A DNA stretch of 35,359 nt from Escherichia coli (lineage in GTDB: Bacteria; Pseudomonadota; Gammaproteobacteria; Enterobacterales; Enterobacteriaceae): NCBI RefSeq assembly GCF_003334305.1, contig NZ_QOWS01000034.1; one strand, given 5' to 3'. Shown one piece after another: positions 1-11,630 of the stretch. A model generated the notes under the pieces. The model did not search any database and was not told where the DNA came from. It saw nothing but the letters and a program-made list of their open reading frames with translations. How positions within the stretch are numbered: the first letter of the stretch is position 1; each line of letters starts with the position of its first letter. Both the position numbers and the translations under genes were made by a program.

Positions 1-72
1 CAGAAGTGAAACGCCGTAGCGCCGATGGTAGTGTGGGGTCTCCCCATGCGAGAGTAGGGAACTGCCAGGCAT
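1..72 (+). rRNA. rrfH: 5S ribosomal RNA, 3' portion (5' end lies outside the window)
   Basis: Window opens inside the canonical enterobacterial 5S sequence (CAGAAGTGAAACGCCGTAGCGCCGATGGTAGTGTGGGGTCTCCCCATGCGAGAGTAGGGAACTGCCAGGCAT), recognised from memory. Symbol assigned from the rrnH-aspU-dkgB synteny. Confidence 0.85.
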
Positions 73-124
73 CAAATTAAGCAGTAAGCCGGTCATAAAA
101 CCGGTGGTTGTAAAAGAATTCGGT

Positions 125-201
125 GGAGCGGTAGTTCAGTCGGTTAGAATACCTGCCTGTCACGCAGGGGGTCGCGGGTTCGAGTCCCGTCCGTTCCGCC
201 A
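125..201 (+). tRNA. aspU: tRNA-Asp (GUC anticodon)
   Basis: 77-nt sequence GGAGCGGTAGTTCAGTCGGTTAGAATACCTGCCTGTCACGCAGGGGGTCGCGGGTTCGAGTCCCGTCCGTTCCGCCA, with a GTC anticodon in the CTGTCAC loop. Lies just 3' of the 5S rRNA as in an rrn operon distal tRNA. Confidence 0.95.
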
Positions 202-210
202 CTTATTAAG

Positions 211-241
211 AAGCCTCGAGTTAACGCTCGAGGTTTTTTTT
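211..241 (+). terminator. Rho-independent terminator after the rrn-distal tRNA
   Basis: Inverted repeat CCTCGAG-TTAACG-CTCGAGG followed by a run of 8 T. Confidence 0.65.
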
Positions 242-363
242 CGTCTGTATATCTATTATTGCCAGAATCGCAAAAATCCTCTGCATTTTACGCTCTTTTT
301 CCTCAACAGTCTGAAGCCCATAATCACCTCAGTTAACGAAAATAGCATTAAAAGAGGCATATT

Positions 364-1167
364 ATGGCTATCCCTGCATTTGGTTTAGGTACTTTCCGTC
401 TGAAAGACGACGTTGTTATTTCATCTGTGATAACGGCGCTTGAACTTGGTTATCGCGCAATTGATACCGCACAAATCTATGATAACGAAGCCGCAGTAGG
501 TCAGGCGATTGCAGAAAGTGGCGTGCCACGTCATGAACTCTACATCACCACTAAAATCTGGATTGAAAATCTCAGCAAAGACAAATTGATCCCAAGTCTG
601 AAAGAGAGCCTGCAAAAATTGCGTACCGATTATGTTGATCTGACGCTAATCCACTGGCCGTCACCAAACGATGAAGTCTCTGTTGAAGAGTTTATGCAGG
701 CGCTGCTGGAAGCCAAAAAACAAGGGCTGACGCGTGAGATCGGTATTTCCAACTTCACGATCCCGTTGATGGAAAAAGCGATTGCTGCTGTTGGTGCTGA
801 AAACATCGCTACTAACCAGATTGAACTCTCTCCTTATCTGCAAAACCGTAAAGTGGTTGCCTGGGCTAAACAGCACGGCATCCATATTACTTCCTATATG
901 ACGCTGGCGTATGGTAAGGCCCTGAAAGATGAGGTTATTGCTCGTATCGCAGCTAAACACAATGCGACTCCGGCACAAGTGATTCTGGCGTGGGCTATGG
1001 GGGAAGGTTACTCAGTAATTCCTTCTTCTACTAAACGTAAAAACCTGGAAAGTAATCTTAAGGCACAAAATTTACAGCTTGATGCCGAAGATAAAAAAGC
1101 GATCGCCGCACTGGATTGCAACGACCGCCTGGTTAGCCCGGAAGGTCTGGCTCCTGAATGGGATTAA
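364..1167 (+). CDS. dkgB: 2,5-diketo-D-gluconate reductase B (aldo-keto reductase family)
   Basis: 267-aa ORF with an aldo-keto reductase-like N-terminus ([22 protein letters not shown]). Position immediately after rrfH/aspU matches the K-12 order. Confidence 0.88.
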
Positions 1168-2078
1168 GCCTCTCTGACAGCTCCTCCGGGAGCTGTTTTT
1201 ACATGCTCGCTAAGGAAATCGATAAAAGCCCGGATGCGCGTACTTACCGCACGGTCGCTGTAATAGACGGCACTGAATGGCATTTCCACTGGCAACACTT
1301 TATCTGCCATTAACTCCACCAATTCTCCGCGAGCGATTTCTTTGTCGATCATGTAGTCGGACAAACACGCAATCCCGTTGCCACTCAGGCAAAGCTGTTT
1401 TAGTGTTTCCCCACTATTGGATGACAAACCGTACTTCACCTCATGTAATTGTCCATCACTACAGGCTATCGGCCAGGTATTGAGGGAAGCGGGTTCAGTG
1501 AATCCCAGGCAAACATGTTGCTTTAAATCGTCGATCGTTTCTGGCTTCCCGTAGCGGGAAATATAATCGGGGGAGGCGATAATTTTTCGATAACTATTAA
1601 ATAACGGCCTGGCACGTAAGCTGGAATCCGTTAACGTACCGGCGCGTATCGCGACATCAACTTTTCTTTCGATCAAATTAATAATCGTTTCGGAGGAGAC
1701 TAGCGACAAAGTGACTTCCGGATAGCGTTCACGGAAAGGCTTAATCAACGGCATCAGAAAGTGCAGCACCACTGGAGTTGCGGCATCGATGCGCAACAGT
1801 CCACGCGGTGTATTACGCGTCTCCATAATTTCTGATTCTGCCGCTGCCATCTCCTGCAAAATTGACTGTACGCGACGAAAATAACGCTCGCCTTCTTCCG
1901 TCAGGCTAAGTTGTCGCGTGGTCCGATTAAGCAGGCTAACGCCAAGTTTCATCTCCAGCTTTTTCACTGCCCGGCTTACCGCTGAGTTTGCTTGCCCTAA
2001 TTGTTCCGCTGCCCGGCTAAAGCTGCCGCTTTCGACGACCGAAACAAAAATGGCGAGTTCTTCCGACGTGGCTTTCAT
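1164..2078 (-). CDS. yafC: LysR-family transcriptional regulator
   Basis: 304-aa ORF. N-terminal helix-turn-helix typical of LysR regulators ([35 protein letters not shown]), divergent from the downstream gene. Synteny with K-12 yafC. Confidence 0.85.
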
Positions 2079-2267
2079 TTTTGCTCCTGTTGCAAAATAG
2101 AAGAGATATTTTGAATTTATTTGTCATTAAACCATCAGGATGCGTGATATGTCATCCGATTTAATGTTCTCAACAATGAGCAAAATTCTGACCGGTGTAA
2201 GCACTTGCTTACATAACAATATACAATTGCTCGTTGAAAGAGTGAGCTAAAATCCCTATAACAGTAG

Positions 2268-3119
<852 letters not shown>

Positions 3120-3196
3120 GGTATGTCAGGTCTGCCACAGGGCAGACCAAAGTTTGGCGCTGCCCTTTTATACTCAAATAACAAAAGGACAGCGCA

Positions 3197-3967
3197 ATGA
3201 CAACACAATCCCACCATGACCACGTAGAAAAGCAGTTTAGCTCGCAGGCCAGTGAGTATTTAACCAGTACCGTACATGCATCCGGGCGAGATTTACAGCG
3301 CCTGGCGGTGCGTCTGGCTGATTATCCTGATACAAGTGTACTTGATATGGGCTGCGGAGCAGGGCATGCCAGCTTTGTCGCTGCGCAGAACGTGAGCGCG
3401 GTGGTGGCGTATGACTTATCTGCCCAAATGCTGGATGTCGTGGCACAAGCTGCCGAAGCCCGGCAACTGAAAAATATCACCACCCGCCAGGGTTATGCCG
3501 AAAGTCTGCCATTTGCCGATAACGCATTTGATATTGTTATCAGCCGTTATTCTGCCCATCACTGGCATGATGTTGGTGCAGCACTGCGAGAAGTGAATAG
3601 GATATTGAAACCTGGCGGTAGGATGATTGTGATGGACGTAATGTCTCCGGGTCATCCAGTGCGCGACATCTGGTTACAGACGGTAGAAGCATTACGCGAT
3701 ACCTCTCACGTACGAAACTACGCCAGCGGTGAGTGGTTGAGGTTAATCAATGAAGCCAATCTGATAGTTGATAATTTAATTACAGATAAGTTACCGCTGG
3801 AATTTTCTTCATGGGTCGCGAGAATGCGTACGCCAGAAGCGTTAGTAGACGCTATTCGCATTTACCAACAGAGCGCATCGACAGAGGTGAGAACGTATTT
3901 TGCCTTGCAGAATGATGGCTCTTTCACCAGTGATATCATCATGGTAGAAGCACATAAAGCAGCATAA
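3197..3967 (+). CDS. yafE: SAM-dependent methyltransferase
   Basis: 256-aa ORF with a class I methyltransferase motif I (VLDMGCGAGH) and a downstream acidic motif. Synteny. Confidence 0.82.
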   Translation: MTTQSHHDHVEKQFSSQASEYLTSTVHASGRDLQRLAVRLADYPDTSVLDMGCGAGHASFVAAQNVSAVVAYDLSAQMLDVVAQAAEARQLKNITTRQGYAESLPFADNAFDIVISRYSAHHWHDVGAALREVNRILKPGGRMIVMDVMSPGHPVRDIWLQTVEALRDTSHVRNYASGEWLRLINEANLIVDNLITDKLPLEFSSWVARMRTPEALVDAIRIYQQSASTEVRTYFALQNDGSFTSDIIMVEAHKAA

Positions 3968-3970
3968 ATA

Positions 3971-4004
3971 AAAAAGGCACCGGGGGAATCGGTGCCTTTT
4001 TATT
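3971..4004. terminator. Bidirectional Rho-independent terminator between convergent yafE and mltD
   Basis: A-run, GGCACCG-GGGGAATC-CGGTGCC hairpin, then T-run. Sits between the yafE stop and the mltD stop. Confidence 0.65.
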
Positions 4005-4014
4005 ATCTGGTTTG

Positions 4015-5373
4015 TCAGGAATCTGGCATGTTGTTGTTTTTCACAAACAACGTCAGCTTATCGCCTGGTTGCAGATTCGCAGTGTCGCTGTTCCAGCGCA
4101 TCACATCTTTGATGTTCACGCCGTGGCGTTTAGCAATGCTTGAAAGCGAATCGCCTTTGCGCACACGATACGTAATGCTATCGCTGTTGTTTGCCAGTCG
4201 CTGTGCGCTACTGCCTGCACCAATCGTCAAACTTTGGCCTGGCTTCAGCTTAGATCCGCGCAGTTTGTTCCACTGCTGCAAATCTTTGGTGCTTACGCCG
4301 AGACGTGAAGCGATACTTGAAAGCGTGTCGCCAGAGCGTACGGTGTAAACACGGCTGTTAAGCGGCGTATTGTCGGCAACCAGCGTCGACTGTACAGCAG
4401 CAATTTCGCCTGAAGCGAGAGATTCACGCAGTTGATCTGCATGCTTCTTTGGCACCATCACGTATTGCGGACCACTTGCGCCCAGCGTGGAGCCTTTCAC
4501 GCCAGCGTTGAATGTCTTCAGCTTGCTGACGGAAATCCCCGCCATATCTGCAACCTTCGCCATTTCAACCGGGCTGCTCAGGTGCACACGCGCCAGAGCA
4601 CGGCTTTCATCGGTCGTTGGCAGACGTACGCCATAACGCTTGCTGTTTTTGAGAATATCACTCAATGCCAGCATTTTAGGCACGTACTGCTTCGTTTCCT
4701 GCGGCAACGGTAACGACCAGAAGTCCGTGGATTTCCCACGCGCTTTGTTCGTTTTAATTGCCTTCATGACCCGACCTTCGCCGCTGTTATAAGCCGCTAC
4801 GGTCAGAAGCCAGTCGCCGTCAAACATCTTGTTCAGACGCTGCATCATGTTCAGCGCGGCAGTTGTTGAAGCAACAACATCGCGACGCGCGTCATAATTG
4901 CGGGTCTGTTTCAAACCATAATTGCGCCCCGTGCTCGGAATGATCTGCCAGATGCCTGCGGCATTGGCGCCAGACGTTGCGTGAGGATCAAAAGCGCTCT
5001 CCACTATGGGTAGTAGTACCAGTTCCATAGGCATGTTACGTTTTTTAACTTGCCCGGCTATCCAGTACATATACGGCTCTGCCCGTAAAGTTACATCGTG
5101 GAGATAGCTCTTATTGCGTAAATATTTCTGTTTCTGTTCGCGAATCCGGTCATTTTCCGGAATTCCCATCTTTAGCTCGTCGCCAATGAAAGCCCACAAG
5201 TCACCATCTGGCGCGATAGACGTCCCATCGTCCATCCATCGTGCCTGACTTGTAAACTTTGCTGCTTCCCCTTGACCAGCTGCAGAAAGGCTCTGTGCGT
5301 GCTGTTGAACGTTGCCGGTACTCTGGCAACCCACGAGCAGGACAGAGGCGAGTAATATCGCTTTTGCCTTCAT
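4015..5373 (-). CDS. mltD: Membrane-bound lytic murein transglycosylase D (lipoprotein with LysM repeats)
   Basis: 452-aa ORF. N-terminal lipoprotein signal (LLASVLLVGCQS), and two C-terminal repeats of the LysM-like pattern (YTVRSGDTLSSIASRLGV and YRVRKGDSLSSIAKRHGV). Synteny. Confidence 0.88.
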   Translation of the reverse strand: MKAKAILLASVLLVGCQSTGNVQQHAQSLSAAGQGEAAKFTSQARWMDDGTSIAPDGDLWAFIGDELKMGIPENDRIREQKQKYLRNKSYLHDVTLRAEPYMYWIAGQVKKRNMPMELVLLPIVESAFDPHATSGANAAGIWQIIPSTGRNYGLKQTRNYDARRDVVASTTAALNMMQRLNKMFDGDWLLTVAAYNSGEGRVMKAIKTNKARGKSTDFWSLPLPQETKQYVPKMLALSDILKNSKRYGVRLPTTDESRALARVHLSSPVEMAKVADMAGISVSKLKTFNAGVKGSTLGASGPQYVMVPKKHADQLRESLASGEIAAVQSTLVADNTPLNSRVYTVRSGDTLSSIASRLGVSTKDLQQWNKLRGSKLKPGQSLTIGAGSSAQRLANNSDSITYRVRKGDSLSSIAKRHGVNIKDVMRWNSDTANLQPGDKLTLFVKNNNMPDS

Positions 5374-5444
5374 GTGTGTGTCAATAGTTGCTTAAAAGAC
5401 GACCGATCATAACGGCGAACGGAGCCGATGACAAGAAAGTTTTA

Positions 5445-6203
<759 letters not shown>

Positions 6204-6233
6204 TTACCTCTTAGTGTGAAACGGAAGGTTGTG

Positions 6234-6956
6234 ATGAAACCGGCAAGAGTCCCTCAAACTGTCGTGGCTCCTGATCGCTGGGGCGATTTGCCCTGGGGAG
6301 AGCTTTATCGCAAGGCGCTGGAGCGCCAGCTCAACCCGTGGTTCACTAAAATGTATGGTTTTCATCTGCTTAAGATTGGCAATTTAAGCGCAGAAATCAA
6401 TTGCGAAGCGTGCGCGGTTTCTCATCAAGTGAATGTTTCTGCGCAAGGAATGCCCGTCCAGGTGCAGGCGGATCCACTTCATCTTCCTTTTGCCGATAAA
6501 TCCGTTGATGTTTGTCTACTGGCACATACATTGCCGTGGTGCACCGATCCGCATCGTTTATTGCGTGAAACCGATCGGGTATTGATTGATGATGGCTGGC
6601 TGGTGATTAGTGGCTTCAATCCCATTAGTTTAATGGGATTACGCAAACTTGTGCCGGTATTGCGAAAAACCTCGCCCTATAACAGCCGGATGTTTACTCT
6701 GATGCGGCAACTGGACTGGCTCTCTTTGTTGAATTTTGAAGTGCTGCACGCCAGCCGTTTCCACGTTCTCCCGTGGAACAAACACGGAGGAAAACTATTG
6801 AATGCGCATATTCCTGCGCTTGGTTGCTTACAACTTATTGTTGCCCGGAAACGGACTATTCCTTTAACGCTAAACCCGATGAAACAGAGTAAAAACAAGC
6901 CACGAATTCGCCAGGCGGTTGGAGCCACCCGGCAATGTCGTAAACCACAAGCTTAA
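6234..6956 (+). CDS. yafS: SAM-dependent methyltransferase-like protein
   Basis: ORF track starts at a GTG at 6216. The ATG at 6234 (MKPARVP...) is the more plausible start. Synteny with K-12 yafS between gloB and rnhA. Confidence 0.75.
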
Positions 6957-7420
6957 ACTTCGACTTGGTAGCCCGTATCTTCCAGTGTGGGATTCATTGC
7001 CGCAGCACGAGCCAGTTCATCACAGCGTTCGTTTTCCGGGTGTCCGGCATGGCCTTTAACCCATTCCCATTTGATTTGATGTTGCCCTAGGGCAGCATCA
7101 AGACGTTGCCAGAGATCGACATTTTTTACTGGTTTTTTGTCTGCGGTTTTCCAGCCACGTTTTTTCCAGTTATGGATCCACTGGGTGATACCCTGGCGGA
7201 CATACTGGCTGTCGGTACTCAAAATGACTTCGCAATGTTCTTTTAACGCCTCCAGCGCGACAATAGCGGCCATCAACTCCATACGGTTGTTGGTGGTGCG
7301 GGTGTAGCCTGCGCTAAAGGTTTTCTCGCGTCCGCGATAGCGTAAAATAGCGCCGTAACCCCCAGGTCCTGGATTGCCCAGACACGAACCATCGGTGAAA
7401 ATTTCTACCTGTTTAAGCAT
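6953..7420 (-). CDS. rnhA: Ribonuclease HI
   Basis: 155-aa product starting [23 protein letters not shown] (RNase H fold with catalytic DxE...D). Track ORF is N-terminally over-extended; start trimmed to the ATG at 7418..7420. Divergent from dnaQ. Confidence 0.9.
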
Positions 7421-7484
7421 CTCTGGTAGACTTCCTGTAATTGAATCGAACTGTAAAACGATAAGTCTGACATAAATGACCGCT

Positions 7485-8216
7485 ATGAGCACTGCAATTA
7501 CACGCCAGATCGTTCTCGATACCGAAACCACCGGTATGAACCAGATTGGTGCGCACTATGAAGGCCACAAGATCATTGAGATTGGTGCCGTTGAAGTGGT
7601 GAACCGTCGCCTGACGGGCAATAACTTCCATGTTTATCTCAAACCCGATCGGCTGGTGGATCCGGAAGCCTTTGGCGTACATGGTATTGCCGATGAATTT
7701 TTGCTCGATAAGCCCACGTTTGCCGAAGTAGCCGATGAGTTCATGGACTATATCCGCGGCGCGGAGTTGGTGATCCATAACGCAGCGTTCGATATCGGCT
7801 TTATGGACTACGAGTTTTCGTTGCTTAAGCGCGATATTCCGAAGACCAATACCTTCTGTAAGGTCACCGATAGCCTTGCGGTGGCGAGGAAAATGTTTCC
7901 TGGTAAGCGCAACAGCCTCGATGCGTTATGTGCCCGCTACGAAATAGATAACAGTAAACGAACGCTACACGGGGCATTACTCGATGCACAGATCCTTGCG
8001 GAAGTTTATCTGGCGATGACCGGTGGTCAAACGTCGATGGCTTTTGCGATGGAAGGAGAGACACAGCAGCAACAAGGTGAAGCAACAATTCAGCGCATTG
8101 TACGTCAGGCAAGTAAGTTACGCGTTGTTTTTGCGACAGATGAAGAGCTTGCAGCTCATGAAGCCCGTCTTGATCTGGTGGAGAAGAAGGGCGGAAGCTG
8201 CCTCTGGCGGGCATAA
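7485..8216 (+). CDS. dnaQ: DNA polymerase III epsilon subunit (3'-5' proofreading exonuclease)
   Basis: DEDDh exonuclease motifs ([14 protein letters not shown]). Start placed at the second in-frame ATG (MSTAITRQ); the ATG at 7476 is an alternative. Classic divergent rnhA-dnaQ arrangement. Confidence 0.9.
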
Positions 8217-8291
8217 ATACCTGTAAAAGGCGCTAAAAATAGCGGCTTGGGCGATTTTTGCAGCAAACGATTCAAAAGATGAGAAAAACCG

Positions 8292-8320
8292 TTGACGAAG
8301 GGTGAGGCAATCCGTAATAT
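8292..8320 (+). promoter_or_regulatory. Putative sigma70 promoter for tRNA-Asp (aspV)
   Basis: TTGACG (-35), 17-nt spacer, TAATAT (-10), then a GC-rich discriminator (TCGCCTCG) as in stringently controlled stable-RNA promoters, about 28 nt upstream of the tRNA. Confidence 0.45.
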
Positions 8321-8348
8321 TCGCCTCGTTCCCAACGGAACACAACGC

Positions 8349-8425
8349 GGAGCGGTAGTTCAGTCGGTTAGAATACCTGCCTGTCACGCAGGGGGTCGCG
8401 GGTTCGAGTCCCGTCCGTTCCGCCA
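8349..8425 (+). tRNA. aspV: tRNA-Asp (GUC anticodon)
   Basis: Sequence identical to the tRNA-Asp at 125..201. Stand-alone tRNA downstream of dnaQ, as for aspV in K-12. Confidence 0.95.
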
Positions 8426-8453
8426 AATTCACTCATGAAAATGAGTTCAGAGA

Positions 8454-8488
8454 ACCGCAAGATTTTTAATTTTGCGGTTTTTTTTGCA
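8454..8488 (+). terminator. Rho-independent terminator after aspV
   Basis: ACCGCAA-GATTTTTAATTT-TGCGGT hairpin followed by a run of about 9 T. Confidence 0.6.
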
Positions 8489-8755
8489 TTTAAATCCCGC
8501 TATTTCTTCGGTCTATGGTTTTGTTATGCTGTAAATGTGTTAATCACATATGGTAGACCATATCATTAATATTTAATCATACTATCGAATCATTCAATTT
8601 AAATATATTTGAATGTTATGATTTTCATTTTTCTATTGATTTAATGAATTTATATATACTGTTATTTTTGTTTGTTCTGATTCAAGTGGAGTATATAATT
8701 AAAAATCGTTAGCTAAACATTACCATGATTATGACAGGCGAGGGAGTGTCCAATT

Positions 8756-9541
8756 ATGAATTCAAAAAAGCTTTGTTGCATATGTGTGTTATTCTCGCTG
8801 CTTGCAGGATGTGCCTCTGAATCTTCTATTGATGAAAAGAAGAAAAAAGCTCAAGTCACACAAAGTAATATTAATAAAAACACTCCCCAGCAACTGACAG
8901 ACAAAGATTTATTCGGTAATGAAACCACTCTGGCCGTATCCGAAGAGGATATTCAAGCTGCGCTTGATGGAGATGAGTTCCGCGTTCCCCTTAATTCTCC
9001 TGTAATACTTGTTCAATCCGGCAACCGCGCACCGGAAACCATTATGCAGGAGGAGATGCGAAAATATTATACTGTTTCCACATTCTCTGGTATCCCGGAC
9101 AGGCAAAAGCCTCTGACTTGTAACAAAAACAAAGATAAAAATGAGAACGAGGATGTTGCCAGTGCTGAGAATATGAACTGGATGCAGGCACTGCGTTTTG
9201 TGGCTGCAAAAGGACATCAGAAAGCGATTATTGTTTACCAGGATACATTGCAGACAGGAAAATATGACTCTGCGCTGAAATCAACAGTATGGTCCGACTA
9301 TAAAAATGAAAAACTCACCGACGCTATCTCCCTGCGCTACCTGGTACGTTTCACGCTGGTGGATGTGGCAACAGGTGAGTGGGCTACCTGGTCGCCGGTG
9401 AATTATGAATATAAAGTGCTTCCACCATTGCCCGACAAGAATGAAGCCAGTACGACTGATATGACAGAGCAGCAAATCATGCAACTTAAGCAAAAGACCT
9501 ATAAAGCGATGGTAAAAGATTTGGTTAACCGCTATCAATAA
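8756..9541 (+). CDS. yafT: Uncharacterised lipoprotein (YafT-like)
   Basis: 261-aa ORF with a lipobox (LLAGCAS). Same size and position as K-12 yafT just after aspV. AT-rich. Confidence 0.7.
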   Translation: MNSKKLCCICVLFSLLAGCASESSIDEKKKKAQVTQSNINKNTPQQLTDKDLFGNETTLAVSEEDIQAALDGDEFRVPLNSPVILVQSGNRAPETIMQEEMRKYYTVSTFSGIPDRQKPLTCNKNKDKNENEDVASAENMNWMQALRFVAAKGHQKAIIVYQDTLQTGKYDSALKSTVWSDYKNEKLTDAISLRYLVRFTLVDVATGEWATWSPVNYEYKVLPPLPDKNEASTTDMTEQQIMQLKQKTYKAMVKDLVNRYQ

Positions 9542-9677
9542 TAAATTATATCTGCCGCCAGGAATTTCTGGCGGCAATAATACAAAATTCTTTGCATAAG
9601 AAATTTTTCTTGACAAAGACAGTGCAAGAAAGGACATGGAATCCGGAGTTAAAAACTGTTTGTTTTAGAATATTTAA

Positions 9678-10157
9678 TTATTTAACTGCTGAATCTTCCT
9701 TGCGAGAAATATATTCATTATTACATTTCATGCCATTTTTAATATAGATTGCTCCTGGGAAAATCCCCGTATTATTACCGCAGGGGTGATAATTAGCATT
9801 GACATATCCTGTGACAAAAGGAGCTATTAAAGGTGCTATTACGATAGCTATTAGTAAAAATATAAGAGTTAGCTGTATTGTTATGTCTGTGGCGAAATTG
9901 ACTACCTTCGTTTTTTTGATTAAGAATGATTTTATTATCGTAAGTAAAATTACATGAACATTTAAAAAGGAAAACGACATGAAACCAAAGCACAGAATCA
10001 ACATTCTCCAATCATAAAATATTTCCGTGGAGCATTTTATTATTGAATATAGAGGTTTAACTCCGGTAAAAAACAAAGAAGCATTGAATGCAGGGAAAAA
10101 TAATATGGCCATAAAAAACATCGAAAGAAACTCTTTTAATTTAACATGTAAACGCAT
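9678..10157 (-). CDS. ykfM: Small multi-pass inner-membrane protein (YkfM-like); candidate immunity protein
   Basis: 159-aa ORF with about three strongly hydrophobic segments. Starts 9 bp after the stop of the upstream glycine-zipper protein. Very AT-rich. Same size as K-12 ykfM. Confidence 0.6.
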   Translation of the reverse strand: MRLHVKLKEFLSMFFMAILFFPAFNASLFFTGVKPLYSIIKCSTEIFYDWRMLILCFGFMSFSFLNVHVILLTIIKSFLIKKTKVVNFATDITIQLTLIFLLIAIVIAPLIAPFVTGYVNANYHPCGNNTGIFPGAIYIKNGMKCNNEYISRKEDSAVK

Positions 10158-10166
10158 GGTTAATCC

Positions 10167-11096
10167 TCATATCACGGGTGGAGTGTTAAGAACATACATA
10201 AATGGAGTCATGTTTTCCCTTTTCCATTTATCAAGTTCCTGTTGCCGTTTTAGTCCATCTCTAATTGCATATTTTAATTTTTCTGATAAATGGCATTGAG
10301 CATCGATTTCATTTAAAACAACTGTACACACTATCCCTGTCAGTAAAATTGCTCCTCCGACAAGAATTACTGGAAAGCCAAAGCTAACACAGGCAAAAGA
10401 AGCCAGGCTTCCAATAGCGGTTGCAACACCACCGGCTATAACTGCTTTGGCCACATCCATTGAAAAATCGCCAAGAAAATTAACCAGATCTCGCTCTGAA
10501 CTCATAATAAATTCTATGGTTCTCCAGGCTACTGAAAACCAGATACAGAACTTAACTCCTTTTATTGATTCAGATAAAGCTCCTCGCCAGCCAATAGCGA
10601 GTTCCAGAACTTGAGGCGCTCGTGAAGAGAAAATATATTTACCGAGCTTTTCTAAAAGCCAGGGGCTGGATGTTGTGATTTTTATATATTTCTCTCCAAG
10701 TATTTCAAAGTAACTTGCTTTTGTATACTTTAAGGCATTAAGGTTAAATATAATTTTCCCATTGTCATCAAACTCAGTCATTAATTTACTCGCGTTAACT
10801 AACCAGGCGAGTGTATCTTTTATACCTGAAGGATGTGTAGTGATAAAATGAATGTAATCAAATGATGTTATTGGGCTGAGTATTTTTTTTGCAACATCAA
10901 GTGTCAAGAGAATAACATGATGAGTGTTCTGATGCCTTAACTCATCAATGAGTGGGACGTCGTTAAGATAAGGGTGCTGAGGTACTAGCTGGTTTATCGG
11001 CTGAGCCCCCCGAAGAATGTCACCCACATAATCAGCCCACTGTGCATTCTGTGTGTTGTTGTTATTCCTTAAACCAGCCATTTTATCTCTCCGCAA
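10167..11096 (-). CDS. Hypothetical protein with C-terminal glycine-zipper hydrophobic region; candidate Hcp-associated membrane-active T6SS effector
   Basis: 309-aa ORF (start may be the ATG at 11081, MAGLRNNN). Soluble N-terminal part followed by AVIAGGVATAIGSLASFACVSFGFPVILVGGAILLTGIVCTVV. Begins 28 bp after the hcp-like gene and is followed 9 bp later by the membrane protein. Confidence 0.5.
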   Translation of the reverse strand: MRRDKMAGLRNNNNTQNAQWADYVGDILRGAQPINQLVPQHPYLNDVPLIDELRHQNTHHVILLTLDVAKKILSPITSFDYIHFITTHPSGIKDTLAWLVNASKLMTEFDDNGKIIFNLNALKYTKASYFEILGEKYIKITTSSPWLLEKLGKYIFSSRAPQVLELAIGWRGALSESIKGVKFCIWFSVAWRTIEFIMSSERDLVNFLGDFSMDVAKAVIAGGVATAIGSLASFACVSFGFPVILVGGAILLTGIVCTVVLNEIDAQCHLSEKLKYAIRDGLKRQQELDKWKRENMTPFMYVLNTPPVI

Positions 11097-11124
11097 TAGT
11101 AATTTATTATGTTATTACAGTAAG

Positions 11125-11607
11125 TTACTGTACACGATCCTGCCATTTACTCATTGCATTCGTACCGGCTAACGTATGCTCCCAGGAAATATCTTCATAA
11201 ATAAAGGCAATTCTCTCCTGTGGTTCCAGTTCTTTTTCCAGGACAGCATGCGGTGTGACAAAATCAATACTTGATATTCGGGCTTTTGACAGATTTATTT
11301 TATAATAAGGCTGGTAAATACCCGCTTTACTGGTTCGGTAGAGTATAAATTCACATATTGCCATTTTTTCATTGTCACTAAGTGCTTTTGCCAGCAATGG
11401 TGAGGATTTATCAACCGGTTTGGTGATAATTAATTCATGATGATTGACATTTTGACTTCTTGAGATGGAATGCATTAACGCATAAACCATGATCTGATCT
11501 TTATGTTCTGGCTGCGCTTTGTTTCCGACAGAATCAAGCGTTGAGCAACCTGCTGAAATTAGCCCTTGTGTCTCTCCACTCAAAGATAAATAACTTATAT
11601 TTGCCAT
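11125..11607 (-). CDS. Hcp-family protein (second, orphan hcp outside the hcp-vgrG operon)
   Basis: 160-aa ORF. Shares several spaced motifs with the Hcp at 31693..32211: Y-S-GxTQG-I-AG, DSVGN, KPxDKSSPLL versus KPFIF...AVPLM, WEH near the C-terminus. Confidence 0.7.
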   Translation of the reverse strand: MANISYLSLSGETQGLISAGCSTLDSVGNKAQPEHKDQIMVYALMHSISRSQNVNHHELIITKPVDKSSPLLAKALSDNEKMAICEFILYRTSKAGIYQPYYKINLSKARISSIDFVTPHAVLEKELEPQERIAFIYEDISWEHTLAGTNAMSKWQDRVQ

Positions 11608-11630
11608 GATAATCTCCTTTAATTAAATAA

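Noticed and set aside
104-388. 94-aa ORF on the + strand overlapping tRNA-Asp and its terminator
   Set aside because: It lies on top of a perfectly conserved tRNA gene and terminator hairpin, so it is a chance ORF.
6216-6233. GTG start extending yafS by 6 codons
   Set aside because: The in-frame ATG at 6234 is the more plausible start and matches the recalled K-12 protein N-terminus; the extension is not excluded.
7421-7531. N-terminal extension of rnhA in the ORF track (192 aa versus 155 aa)
   Set aside because: The extension would read through the divergent dnaQ promoter and start region, and RNase HI begins at MLKQVEIF. Similar over-extensions were trimmed for clpV, tssA and the VasL-like gene.
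8118-8432. 104-aa minus-strand ORF overlapping the dnaQ 3' end and aspV
   Set aside because: It is antisense to a tRNA and its promoter, with no ribosome-binding site or coding signal.
8426-8755. Possible integrase, attachment repeat or IS element expected next to a tRNA-associated island
   Set aside because: No integrase or transposase ORF and no repeat of the tRNA 3' end was found in the window. The far island boundary lies outside the sequence.
9551-9577. Inverted repeat GCCGCCAG-GAATTTC-CTGGCGGC between the convergent yafT and small membrane protein genes, as a possible bidirectional terminator
   Set aside because: The hairpin is real but lacks a clear U-tract on either strand, so it is not listed as a feature.
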